A stretch of 64,000 nucleotides of DNA from a virus, in IMG/VR virus record IMGVR_UViG_3300033143_008750, positions 8,566-72,565 of that record, one strand, 5' to 3'. Made by a program: the position numbers and the translations under genes. Positions 50,143-60,005 of this stretch are shown in pieces. The stretch's first letter is position 1. Each line of letters begins with the position of its first letter. A model generated the notes under the pieces. That model made no database searches and had not been told where the DNA came from. It was given only the letters and a program-made list of their open reading frames with translations.

Positions 50143-50408
50143 AATTTCCAATTGATACTAAAGTATATGCAATCTTCGGCGGCAAGGTTCATATGTCATA
50201 CGTGAGAGCGCAGAGCAGGCAGTACAAAGAATTTATGAGACTTCATTTGTTTGCTAAAATAACAGTGATTAATGAACACGATGTTCCGATGATTATTGAC
50301 TTACATCCAGATGATGTTTACAAGGACAAAGTAGTAGCACAAAAAGTTTTATTTGAAAGAAGATTGAGAGGAATTCCCGAAAACACAAGATATGAATTGG
50401 AGGATTGA
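50139..50408 (+). CDS. SH3-like family C protein (LFERRLRG)
   Basis: TKVYAI...DVYKDKVVAQKVLF. Confidence 0.6.
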   Translation: MKFPIDTKVYAIFGGKVHMSYVRAQSRQYKEFMRLHLFAKITVINEHDVPMIIDLHPDDVYKDKVVAQKVLFERRLRGIPENTRYELED

Positions 50409-50646
50409 CATGAACAATTTACAGCTTATCAGAGAAGTAGCATATCAGGAACGCATTCATCGTGAGCTACATGGTGTTGAAGCTAGCAAAGCTTATTTGA
50501 GGGTTTTGCGCAAGGCAGCATCGGTAGCAGACGTTGAAGGCGTATTTGCTGATGTAACATTTAACGACTACGGATTGGCCGAAGGCGGCCCCTTCGTAAA
50601 ACACTAAGTCCTGCAGTGGAGCGGGCATAATTGTAAGGAGATTACA

Positions 50647-52179
50647 ATGAGCATTATTCAAGAAATTAGAGAAACATACGGAGTAGCTGGTGACACAGAT
50701 AGCTACAAATTCTCACACCCTGACCAGTATCCAGTAGGAACGACCAGGTTGATGAGTCACATTTTTGCACGAGGCAGTACAAAAGGTGCAGACGGCCTTC
50801 CGCTGTTTACGAAAGTGCAGTGGGCTGGAATGCAGCTAGTAATCAAAGAGCACCTCGACCGTCAGTTGACGCACAGGCAGGTTGACAACCTTATTGCTTT
50901 CCAAAGAGAACACATGTTCGGACTTGAACTAAATGCACTGGAAGTTGCACTTCGCGCAGTAGTTGACGATTACCTCGGCTACATGCCTGTCAGGATCCGC
51001 GCAATTCAGGAAGGTCTGGTCGTTCCGATCGGTCAAATCCTTGCTACAGTTGAAACTACTGTAGAAGATGCGCGTGTAATTGCACTAACAACGTATATCG
51101 AAACAATGATTATGCGTGTCTGGGCACCTACAACAGTTGCAACAACATCCTACCACATCAAAGAAATCATTTACGATGGTTTGCTGAAATCAGCAGATGA
51201 GCCAGATTTTGAGATCCCGTTCAAGCTACATGACTTCGGTTCTCGCGGTGTGTCAAGCATGGAGAGCGCAGCATTCCTTGGCGCAGCACACTTGTTCAAT
51301 TTCCAAGGCAGTGACACGACAGTTGGTGTTATGGCAGCAAACATCGGGTACCATTCTGATATGACTGGCCGCAGCATCTTTGCTACGGAGCACAGCACAA
51401 CGACAACGTTTGGTCGTTACGGCGAAGAAGCATTTGTTAAGCAGGTGTTTTCCAAGGCTGCAAAGCCAGGCGCGATCTTTGCTACAGTAATAGATAGTTA
51501 CGATCCTATTAACTTTGTTGATGTTATCGCACCGAAGTTCAGGGATCGCCTACGCAAATCAGGTGCAACATGGGTGCTTCGTCCAGACAGTGGTGATCCT
51601 GTCATCACACCAGTAGAAATGGTACGCAGGCTTGCAAAAACATATGGATTCACTTACAATAGTAAGGGCTACAAGGTTCTTGACAACGTGCGTGTACTCC
51701 AAGGCGACGGCATTGATATTAACGATGTTAGAGCAATCATTAACCTGCTACTTGAAGAAAACTGGAGCATAAGCAACATTGCTTTTGGAATGGGTGGTGG
51801 TCTGTTACAGAAGAACAACAGAGACACGCTCAAGTTTGCAATGAAGGCTTGCGCAAGGTATGAAGATGGTCAATGGATCGACGTTTACAAAGATCCTATC
51901 ATTTACGACGCAACGACCTGGGAACCAATTAGCTCTAGCTTCAAGAAATCAATGGCTGGACGCTTAGAGTTGGTTCACAACGAGGTAACTGACGACTACA
52001 AAACCGTACGCATTGAGGAAGTTAACGACTACGTAGTACAGGGTTACAAGCCAATGCTTGAGACGGTTTGGGATGCAGGCGAACTCATACGCGATATGAC
52101 TATGGATCAGGTGCGTGAAAACGCTAAACTTCCAGCAGAACGTATTGCAATTGAGAAAGTAGTAGCCGAAACTGCCTAA
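50647..52179 (+). CDS. nadV: nicotinamide phosphoribosyltransferase
   Basis: TDSYKFSH, LHDFGSRG, ATEHS, RPDSGDP, QGDG, FGMGGGLLQ..NRDT. Confidence 0.95.
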   Translation: MSIIQEIRETYGVAGDTDSYKFSHPDQYPVGTTRLMSHIFARGSTKGADGLPLFTKVQWAGMQLVIKEHLDRQLTHRQVDNLIAFQREHMFGLELNALEVALRAVVDDYLGYMPVRIRAIQEGLVVPIGQILATVETTVEDARVIALTTYIETMIMRVWAPTTVATTSYHIKEIIYDGLLKSADEPDFEIPFKLHDFGSRGVSSMESAAFLGAAHLFNFQGSDTTVGVMAANIGYHSDMTGRSIFATEHSTTTTFGRYGEEAFVKQVFSKAAKPGAIFATVIDSYDPINFVDVIAPKFRDRLRKSGATWVLRPDSGDPVITPVEMVRRLAKTYGFTYNSKGYKVLDNVRVLQGDGIDINDVRAIINLLLEENWSISNIAFGMGGGLLQKNNRDTLKFAMKACARYEDGQWIDVYKDPIIYDATTWEPISSSFKKSMAGRLELVHNEVTDDYKTVRIEEVNDYVVQGYKPMLETVWDAGELIRDMTMDQVRENAKLPAERIAIEKVVAETA

Positions 52180-52186
52180 ACTGAAC

Positions 52187-52216
52187 GGGACGGTGCTCAC
52201 ATAGCATCGTCCCTTT
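52187..52216 (+). terminator. intrinsic terminator
   Basis: GGGACGGTGC...GCATCGTCCC-TTT. Confidence 0.7.
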
Positions 52217-52471
52217 CTTAGGAGAAAAGTAATGACTGTTTATCAATTATTGATAGAAAATATGACAACGCTAGGCCACATGGGTTCTAGCCCGACAACT
52301 ATTTCTCGTAATCTTTACTCTAGTCTTGGCACAGCACAGGCTCATGCCAAACTTAATTACCAGAAAGATATTATTTGGACGAAATTGGGAGCGATGTCTT
52401 GGTCAAGTGGTGATCTTATACATGTTATGTACACAATCCGAGCAATCGAAGTTATTGATTGAGAGAACAAC

Positions 52472-53182
52472 ATGAAATATACATTCACACCTAATATAAG
52501 AACAGTTGCTCAATTCAAACCTGTATGGACAACTGACATTATCAAAAACGAACCGATGATGTTTTCAGCCGATCCTGCATTTGCGCATACACACGGTCGC
52601 TCTCTAACTAGAGAGATTACAAGAATGTTGCTCCACAGCAAAGAATACAAAGAAATTGTAATGTTTGCACCGCAAGATGATTTTTTCACAGTAATCGACA
52701 CCCGCGTTACTATGACGATGAAGGGCATGTATCCTTCAATCCCAGGATGGCACTGTGATGATATACCTCGCAGCAGAACAACAGGCCAGCCCGTGTTGCA
52801 CGGTGTCAATCCGTTTGTACAACATTTCATGGTGATTCTCTCCGATCAGGAAAGCACAGTCTCCGCTACGGAATTTCTAAATATGACGGTTGAGCTAGAC
52901 ATTGACCTTGCAAACGTATGGCAGAGCGTAGACCATGGAATCAACGAGAGAATGGATACTTATCGTATACACCAGAAAGAAACTGATAACCATATGAATC
53001 CAATGACGAGCTTTATCAAACCAGGTGACATTGTTCGATTCAATCAGGAAGCGATTCACAGAGCCTCTCCGACAATCACCCCAGGATGGCGATTCTTCTA
53101 CAGACTCAGCATAACGCACAGAAAGCCCGCTAACGAAGTCCGAAATCAAGTACAGGTGTATGCATCAGAAAATGGTTGGTAA
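52472..53182 (+). CDS. 2OG-Fe(II) oxygenase-like protein
   Basis: PGWHCD (HxD), distal IHRA, WRFFYR. Confidence 0.65.
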   Translation: MKYTFTPNIRTVAQFKPVWTTDIIKNEPMMFSADPAFAHTHGRSLTREITRMLLHSKEYKEIVMFAPQDDFFTVIDTRVTMTMKGMYPSIPGWHCDDIPRSRTTGQPVLHGVNPFVQHFMVILSDQESTVSATEFLNMTVELDIDLANVWQSVDHGINERMDTYRIHQKETDNHMNPMTSFIKPGDIVRFNQEAIHRASPTITPGWRFFYRLSITHRKPANEVRNQVQVYASENGW

Positions 53183-53229
53183 GAGCTTAGAGGAGCTTAC
53201 AGACGGTCATATAATTTTTGACCCCTCTG

Positions 53230-53453
53230 CAACCGCTTGATTTCATTGAGGTTTCTGATACCTGAATAGAGGAAAAGGTCTGTTATAGACTGACTGATAC
53301 ACTGACCTGCCTTGCGATCAATTAAAACGTAAGTTATTGATTGTATTACAATGAACCGTAATAAAATCAACGACTTAAGTGCAAAAATTAATTCTAACTG
53401 ACTGATATCCTTAGGATTAAAGATTTGACTTTTTCCTTCCACATCTGTATAAT
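53230..53453 (+). promoter_or_regulatory. four IHF-consensus sites plus sigma70 promoter
   Basis: sites at 53230, 53330, 53365 (opposite orientation), 53395; TTGACT-17-TATAAT 53425-53453. Confidence 0.8.
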
Positions 53454-53484
53454 TTACTTAACGATCAGGAAACAGGACAACACT

Positions 53485-53874
53485 ATGTCGATTACCAAAG
53501 CAAGTCTCCCGCAAATTCGCAAAGACATTAATGCTGCACTCGCAACAATCGAAAAAAAGCATAATCTCAGATTCAGTATCGGCGCCATCACGTATGAGGT
53601 AGGCGCAAGCTTACGCACGAAGCTTGAAGCAGTATCGACTGCTGACCATACAGGCAACGCGATCAATCCTGACAAAATCAAATTCGAAAAGAATGCTTGG
53701 AGAGTTGGCGTGAAGAAAGACGCTTTCGGCCAAACGTTTACGTCGAATCGCAAGCACTTCACGATTACGGGACTCAACACTCGCGCTCCGAAATATCCCA
53801 TTCAAGCAGTAACGGCCAGTGGAAAGCGTTACAAGTTTCCAGTGAGCCATCTTCCTTCTAGCCTGCAAGCTTAA
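53485..53874 (+). CDS. hypothetical early phage protein
   Basis: ATG 53485 after AGGA; GLNTRAPKYPI...GKRYKF. Confidence 0.65.
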   Translation: MSITKASLPQIRKDINAALATIEKKHNLRFSIGAITYEVGASLRTKLEAVSTADHTGNAINPDKIKFEKNAWRVGVKKDAFGQTFTSNRKHFTITGLNTRAPKYPIQAVTASGKRYKFPVSHLPSSLQA

Positions 53875-53876
53875 TA

Positions 53877-54248
53877 ATGCCTAGCATTTCACCGCTCTCT
53901 AGTTTGAATAACGACGCCGATGTCCTCAGGGATCTTCGGCGTCGTGTTAGAGAAATGAAAGCCGCAGAAAAGGATAGTAAACAAGGATATAGTGCTTGCA
54001 TCAAATTCTATGAACGAATTCTAGAATGCGTCCCTGACATAGACTATGAGAGCATTTATCGCGCCGCTGCCGCAGGCGTTACTATGCGCAATACTGAAAT
54101 TGATCGTTTGCAAAGAATCATTTATGACAATGTTCCTAATGCAGTAGAACTAATAAATGAAGCTCCGCAAGCGTTAGGACGCAATGTAGTGAGGGAACAC
54201 GAACTTAAACTCAAAACGTTTAAGAATAAATTGAAAGATGGAGATTAA
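53877..54248 (+). CDS. hypothetical protein ending FKNKLKDGD
   Basis: coupled ORF. Confidence 0.6.
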   Translation: MPSISPLSSLNNDADVLRDLRRRVREMKAAEKDSKQGYSACIKFYERILECVPDIDYESIYRAAAAGVTMRNTEIDRLQRIIYDNVPNAVELINEAPQALGRNVVREHELKLKTFKNKLKDGD

Positions 54249-54250
54249 CA

Positions 54251-54523
54251 ATGAAAATCACAGATTGTAAGGATTTTGAGGACGATGATTCGACTGTAAC
54301 TGTGAGAACTATTCTCGGAGTAACTTCTGAGGGTTGCGGAGTTATAGAACGCGAATTTGAGTACGAGGATGAGGATGAGAACAGCAGGACTTTCGGCGAA
54401 ACATTGACGGGTCTTGAAACAATCCTCGAAATGGTTGATCTTGACGAGCAGGTTCTTCGCACGTTGGAGGAACTTTCGGAAGAGATTACCGCAGACGATT
54501 TAACTCTGGTTGAGGACGAATAA
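54251..54523 (+). CDS. highly acidic small protein
   Basis: very D/E-rich. Confidence 0.6.
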   Translation: MKITDCKDFEDDDSTVTVRTILGVTSEGCGVIEREFEYEDEDENSRTFGETLTGLETILEMVDLDEQVLRTLEELSEEITADDLTLVEDE

Positions 54524-55157
54524 CATGGCTAAGAAAACCCCGACAGATGTACGCGGGTATATCTATGAAGTAGGCCAAGAGATTGCAATGGCTAAAAGTT
54601 CGTACAGCATGGCCTCAGGCGCTCATGTAGAGATTCGTACAATATCAAAGGTCGATGGTGAAAAGGTCTATGTTGCAGGTTCAAACGGAACTGGCAATTA
54701 CTGGCTCAGAAATCACGACAATGCAGCTATTTTGGACTAATCATGTCTGATTATTATAATACAATCGGCCAGCGGTTCGAAAAAGAAAAGAACGCCCTCG
54801 TTCCGAAGCGCGACTACATAGACGGTCATCCTCTTGAGGATAAGATTCGTAGAATCGTATTCAAATCTGGCCTCAAGTACCCAAATCACGATGCCGCAGG
54901 ACAATTCAATCTCAAAATACAGACTGCAATCAGAACTATCACATCTAAAACGTATTCAGATATGTTCGGCGCGATCAAGTACACAGCAAATGAAATATTA
55001 TGCGGCGAAGAGGTTGAACAGCATCTTGACTACATTTTTGCAGAACTGGAAGAATATCAAAAAGACGTTAAAGCATTGGTTCTCAAGCATATTAAGGAAT
55101 TGCAAGACTTGTAGAATTGTGCTATACTAAATACATCCATTGATTGGAGAAACAGAC

Positions 55158-56288
55158 ATGGCCAAGCCCAAAAAGCGGAAAAGCAAATACTTCGTAAACG
55201 TTCCTGATATGAGCATCATTCAGAGGACGCACAAGAATCACGGGCATATGGTGTGGCAGGCGCTGCATTATGCACAGTACGAAATGACAGACAAAGGTCT
55301 CAAGAAAGCTGCAATCGAGTATGCTAAGAAAAGCAAGCTTGATTTTAAACTTCTGAATGTCTTGACAGACAAGGAATTAACTATGTTCGGCAAGTACGCA
55401 CTGATCCTGAATGGCGGTGGCGAATTGACCGAAGATATGGATACAGGTTTTGCACGTATGCTTGACGAGCTTTTTCAGAAAGCAAAAATCGAGAAAGCAT
55501 CACGCAAAGCCGCTGCAAAGATCAAAGCAAAGGAAGAGAATTACGGTCCCGTATTAACTGTACAAGATCGTATGCGTATACAAGCAGAGAAAGTTGGAGC
55601 AATATTCGATGCATGGCTTGACGATCTGATTGCTGGCAAGATTAAAACCGTTTCTAAGGAAATGGATCCTACAGGACAAATGAAGCTTGCTAGTTTCAAA
55701 GCTGGACAAGCACGTTGGATTAAGAAATTCTATGAGCCTGAACTAGCAATACTACAAGAGGTTGTCACAGGCAAGGATGCTGATCTGAAGGAAGGATACA
55801 GCAACGTAAAAAAGAGTTCCGCTCTCCGAGCAATCAAACTGCTTGACAGCATTCTCTCATCCGCAGATATGATCGCTACTGTCGCTAAAGCACAACGCAA
55901 GACACGCAAAAAGAAAGCGCCAAGTACAACGAAGCTAGTTGCGAAGTTGAAGTATTGTGAATCACATCCAGAGACTGGCACGGCAAGCATAAGTCCTTCG
56001 GGCATCATTGGTGCTAGGGAAGTTTGGGTGTACAACATAAAGTATCGCAAGCTTGGCAAGTATGTTGCACAAGACGCAGCAGGATTGACTGTCAAGGGTG
56101 CTAGCATCAAAGACTTCTCAGCAGCAAGCGTACAGAAAACTCTCCGCAAGCCCAAAAAGCAATTGAAAGAGTTTATGGGCAGCGGCAAGGTTAAGTTGCG
56201 TACATTCTTGTCAGACATTAAAGCTGTTGACACAAAGCTGAAAGGGCGAATCAACGCTAATGTCGTAATCTTAAGGGTAGTGAAATAG
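55158..56288 (+). CDS. basic hypothetical protein
   Basis: long ORF, RBS GGAG; IIGAREVWVYNIKYRKL, KTLRKP, GRIN. Confidence 0.7.
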   Translation: MAKPKKRKSKYFVNVPDMSIIQRTHKNHGHMVWQALHYAQYEMTDKGLKKAAIEYAKKSKLDFKLLNVLTDKELTMFGKYALILNGGGELTEDMDTGFARMLDELFQKAKIEKASRKAAAKIKAKEENYGPVLTVQDRMRIQAEKVGAIFDAWLDDLIAGKIKTVSKEMDPTGQMKLASFKAGQARWIKKFYEPELAILQEVVTGKDADLKEGYSNVKKSSALRAIKLLDSILSSADMIATVAKAQRKTRKKKAPSTTKLVAKLKYCESHPETGTASISPSGIIGAREVWVYNIKYRKLGKYVAQDAAGLTVKGASIKDFSAASVQKTLRKPKKQLKEFMGSGKVKLRTFLSDIKAVDTKLKGRINANVVILRVVK

Positions 56289-56552
56289 GATAAATAGTAG
56301 TAATGATGGTACAGAGGATGACATGAGCTACGAAGAGGATGTTAGTGGACTTGAAAAAGTATTCGCAGAACGATTCTCTCATGCGCAAATCACTATAACC
56401 TCGCGAATGGTCAAGGGCAAGAAACGAGTCTATGTCAAAACTGTCGGTGCTTACAAAGTGAGCAGCGGTAGATTGATAGAATGTTTCTTCAATGATATTG
56501 AACGTGTGTCTGGCGACTACAGTACACTTACATACAAGTACAAAGGTGAAGT

Positions 56553-56861
56553 ATGAAATATTCTCCCGATGATTTTAAAGATAAACTCGCCGGTAAGCAA
56601 GACAAGGTTGCAGCGGTCAAAGAAATTAAGCATGATTTAGCTGGAGCAGGATTGGTTTGTAAAACTGCTCGTCGTAAACTTGCGACTGGCGTCAAAATCT
56701 ATTTCACAGTCAATCCTCCTGAATCAGTTAGCATGACAAAATCATGGTACGGTGAAGTAGGATCTGTACGAAACTACTCTGTAGACGTTATACAAAAGCA
56801 TTTTCCGTTAGCAGGCGTTACGAGCGGCGGACCATCAGGATGGACAATTGCCGAGTATTAA
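56553..56861 (+). CDS. hypothetical protein with N-terminal DFKDKLAGK motif
   Basis: 8-aa identity with the C-terminus of ORF 9683. Confidence 0.6.
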   Translation: MKYSPDDFKDKLAGKQDKVAAVKEIKHDLAGAGLVCKTARRKLATGVKIYFTVNPPESVSMTKSWYGEVGSVRNYSVDVIQKHFPLAGVTSGGPSGWTIAEY

Positions 56862-57735
56862 AGTAACAGACAAACGCGACAGGCGTTTAATGAAAGATAT
56901 GCTTCGCTATCCAGCGACGAGATTTTTTCGTGACGAGCATATTGTAATTATCCAGCCGCTGGACGAAAGAGCATATACTTTTTGGACTCCTGTTGTAAGT
57001 ACGTGGGCGCGACATCGTGCGGATTACACAAATATGTATATTGTTAGGACAAACAGCAAAGAATACTTTGAGGTCAAAGTGGACGCTAGCAATATGATTG
57101 GCGGCGGATTCACTTTTAGCAAATCAGCATATTTAGATGCACATGTACCAAAGGGTGAATTTGCTACTATAAAAACATATGATCGAAGCATCAAAGAATA
57201 TTTGAAAAAGTATCCATCGTTATACGATGCATTTGAGGGAATGGCAATAGAAATGGCATTTCTTCCGTTAATTCGCATCCAAACAGATAAGCTTATTTGG
57301 GATGCGTTAGAAGCTGACCAACGTAATCTTCGTTATGTCGAAAATTTAACGCACAAAAGAAAAGTACAGATTCTCAAACGCTGGCCATCGTGTATAAAGT
57401 CAATGGGACAAACGCAAGAACTATGCGATCTAGTTGTTAAAGAAAATGCTGTAAATATTAGCTACATTGATGAAATTTATCGTAATCAAAAGATGTGCGA
57501 GAGGGCGGTACATGATTATGCAAGTGCTTTACAGTACGTTCCGAACCAAACAGAGAAAATATGTTTGGCTGCAATCAAACGAGATCCAATGTCGCTGAAA
57601 TACGTTAAGAATCCGACTATGAAGATATACGTAGCAGCAGTTAATCGCAGTCCTAACGCATGGAATCTTATTAAGAAAGAAAAACTGCGTAAAGAAATTA
57701 AGAAAGCTAAAAAGCAAAAGAAGTATCAAACATGA
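56848..57735 (+). CDS. DUF4116-like helical repeat protein
   Basis: repeats such as QTEKICLAAIKRDPMSLKYV and ALQYVP. Confidence 0.65.
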   Translation: MPSIKVTDKRDRRLMKDMLRYPATRFFRDEHIVIIQPLDERAYTFWTPVVSTWARHRADYTNMYIVRTNSKEYFEVKVDASNMIGGGFTFSKSAYLDAHVPKGEFATIKTYDRSIKEYLKKYPSLYDAFEGMAIEMAFLPLIRIQTDKLIWDALEADQRNLRYVENLTHKRKVQILKRWPSCIKSMGQTQELCDLVVKENAVNISYIDEIYRNQKMCERAVHDYASALQYVPNQTEKICLAAIKRDPMSLKYVKNPTMKIYVAAVNRSPNAWNLIKKEKLRKEIKKAKKQKKYQT

Positions 57736-58139
57736 GTAATCGTATAGTAATCCTTGATGGTGAAACGTATGAATACCGTATAGGTCGTTCACACGTTGTT
57801 ATTCGCCACAATGACAAGAAGATTGGCGCACCTAATTTTAGTGAATTGACTGGTGAAAAGTGGCATGTGATTGAGCATGATTCACATAAACGAAATTTTC
57901 ATCTTACTCCAAAACATATTGTTGATTGGATTATAGATAATTATGCGTATTAAGACATGAGTACACACAGTGGAACTTACAAAGGCAAACGATGTCGCAT
58001 CAAATTAAAGAATGGCGATGTGTTTGTCGATAAGTTTGTAGACTCAAAGAGCGGGTACTGTTTTTTCGAAGAACGAGGACGCATAGCAAAGAAAGATATT
58101 TCGAATTTTTCCATACACAAGTGGAGAACGGAGAATTAA

Positions 58140-58382
58140 ATGAGAATTATATTTTTTATAATACTGTTATTTGTTTTAGGTGGTTGTGATACTCTCGGTG
58201 ATATTATCCGAGAAAAGAAATATACACTTCGAATCCATGAAACTCCAAACTCCAAACAAACGTTTGGTTATAATAATGATTACGATTATGTAGGTTTTAT
58301 GGTGCATGGTGTATTCGGTGATGAAGATAAACATATGCATAACGATGATTGCGACCATAGTTTGGAAAATACTTTCAAATAA
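58140..58382 (+). CDS. putative lipoprotein
   Basis: lipobox LGGC. Confidence 0.55.
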   Translation: MRIIFFIILLFVLGGCDTLGDIIREKKYTLRIHETPNSKQTFGYNNDYDYVGFMVHGVFGDEDKHMHNDDCDHSLENTFK

Positions 58383-58456
58383 TCCCTGATATTAAGGCTA
58401 CATTCAGTTTCAAAATGTTATAATACGATAAATAATTATCAAGAAGGAGATTATTT

Positions 58457-58996
58457 ATGCGTATTTTATTCATTGTAGCAGCACTATTCACTCTCGCAAG
58501 TTGCGAGTCTATGGACTTTACGAGTGTGACAGTCAGCAGCGGATACAATCATTATTATCCCTCAGGTCATATTAGTTACACGCTAGGTTTTTACAGTGGC
58601 GACTATTATAATGGCTATCGTGTGTATGGCACATATGGCTATCGTTACTATCATGCTCCACGACATTATGCTCATCACAGACATTTTGTTCGCCCACCAG
58701 TAGTACATTATCATGTGCATACTAGTTACTGTGAGCATAATTACAGACCTCGAAATCATAACAATCAAGATCGCAGAAATCATAACACGCAATCTTACGT
58801 ACAGCCACAAGTACGACAAACTCCTCGAAGTACCCCACCTGTGCGACAAACTCCGCCGCGGCAACGCGATCATCGTCAAAATAGGCGCGAAGACCGAGTA
58901 GTCAATAATAATCAACGTCAGGAACGTGTAGTCAACACCGAGCGCCGCGAAAATCGTCAAGATCGAAGACGCGATCAAAAAAGAAAGCGTAAGTAA
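58457..58996 (+). CDS. late lipoprotein with Tyr/His-rich and Arg/Gln-rich low-complexity regions
   Basis: lipobox LASC, late promoter 58427, RBS AAGGAG. Confidence 0.65.
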   Translation: MRILFIVAALFTLASCESMDFTSVTVSSGYNHYYPSGHISYTLGFYSGDYYNGYRVYGTYGYRYYHAPRHYAHHRHFVRPPVVHYHVHTSYCEHNYRPRNHNNQDRRNHNTQSYVQPQVRQTPRSTPPVRQTPPRQRDHRQNRREDRVVNNNQRQERVVNTERRENRQDRRRDQKRKRK

Positions 58997-59042
58997 TACC
59001 TAAAAGCTGATAAATACTCTGTATATTACAGGGGACTTTTGT

Positions 59043-59795
59043 ATGTCAGCTACTCAAACATTTAAGCACACGATGAAGAAAGAGATTCAGCTATTGCTGG
59101 GCGATCAGATGGTTGAGGTTGAACTTGACGATGAACACATGGAACTTGCTATCAAAATAGCAGTTGAGCGTGTTCGTCAACGTACAACAGGTGGTGTTGA
59201 AGAATCGCATGTATTCATTACGATGCAACCAGATCAAAACAAATATACTCTGCCAGAAGAAGTACAAGAAGTAGAAAAACTTTATCGCAGAGGCGTTGGT
59301 GCTAATAGTACAGGTGGTACAAACTTTGATCCATTCGAAGCAGCATTCTCAAACATCTATCTACTCCAAGCAGGTCGAACAGGTGGTTTGGCTACGTGGG
59401 ATTTCTTCGCACAGTATCAAGAAACTATCGGACGAGTGTTCGGTTCAGAAATTAACTTTATTTGGCGTCCATCTACACATGAACTAGAATTAATCCGCCG
59501 CCCAACAGCAGAAGAAGATGTAATGGCTAAGGTTTGGATGATTAAGCCCGAAGAATTGATTTTGTCTGATGCATATACGGGCCCGTGGATTCGTGATTAT
59601 GCTCTAGCTAAATCAAAACAAATGCTCGGTGAGGCTCGCGGCAAATTCCCAGGTGGTCTCCCAGGCCCAGGCGGCTCTGTATTGCTTAATGGTGAACAAA
59701 TCAAAGCAGATGCAGTAGTAGACTTAGAAAGATTAGAAATGGAGCTACAGAATTTCGTAGTTTCTCGCGACGGCATGCCGTTTAGGATTGGCTAA
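59043..59795 (+). CDS. neck / head-tail adaptor protein (T4 gp13-like)
   Basis: LLGDQMVEVELD, WIRDYALA..KQMLGEARGKF..LPGP.G.VLLNG; late promoter 59009. Confidence 0.85.
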   Translation: MSATQTFKHTMKKEIQLLLGDQMVEVELDDEHMELAIKIAVERVRQRTTGGVEESHVFITMQPDQNKYTLPEEVQEVEKLYRRGVGANSTGGTNFDPFEAAFSNIYLLQAGRTGGLATWDFFAQYQETIGRVFGSEINFIWRPSTHELELIRRPTAEEDVMAKVWMIKPEELILSDAYTGPWIRDYALAKSKQMLGEARGKFPGGLPGPGGSVLLNGEQIKADAVVDLERLEMELQNFVVSRDGMPFRIG

Positions 59796-60005
59796 TGAAC
59801 GAAATGAGAAAATTAATAGAAGCTATGAAAGTTATTGAGAAAGAACGAGATGAATATTACTACGGTGATTTACTTGCTTACATTCCACAAGAACCGCAAA
59901 GACAAGATTCAACACTAAATCAATTACAAGATTTAATACAGGTTGCACAAAAATTAGGAATGCATGACGCAGCAGATTATATTTTATTAATTGTTAGGAA
60001 GCACA

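Noticed and set aside
48495-52179. NARP1-type pathway (ADPR-PP synthetase)
   Set aside because: No PRPP-synthetase-like gene lies next to the Nampt-like gene; the partner is NMNAT-Nudix, which fits NARP2.
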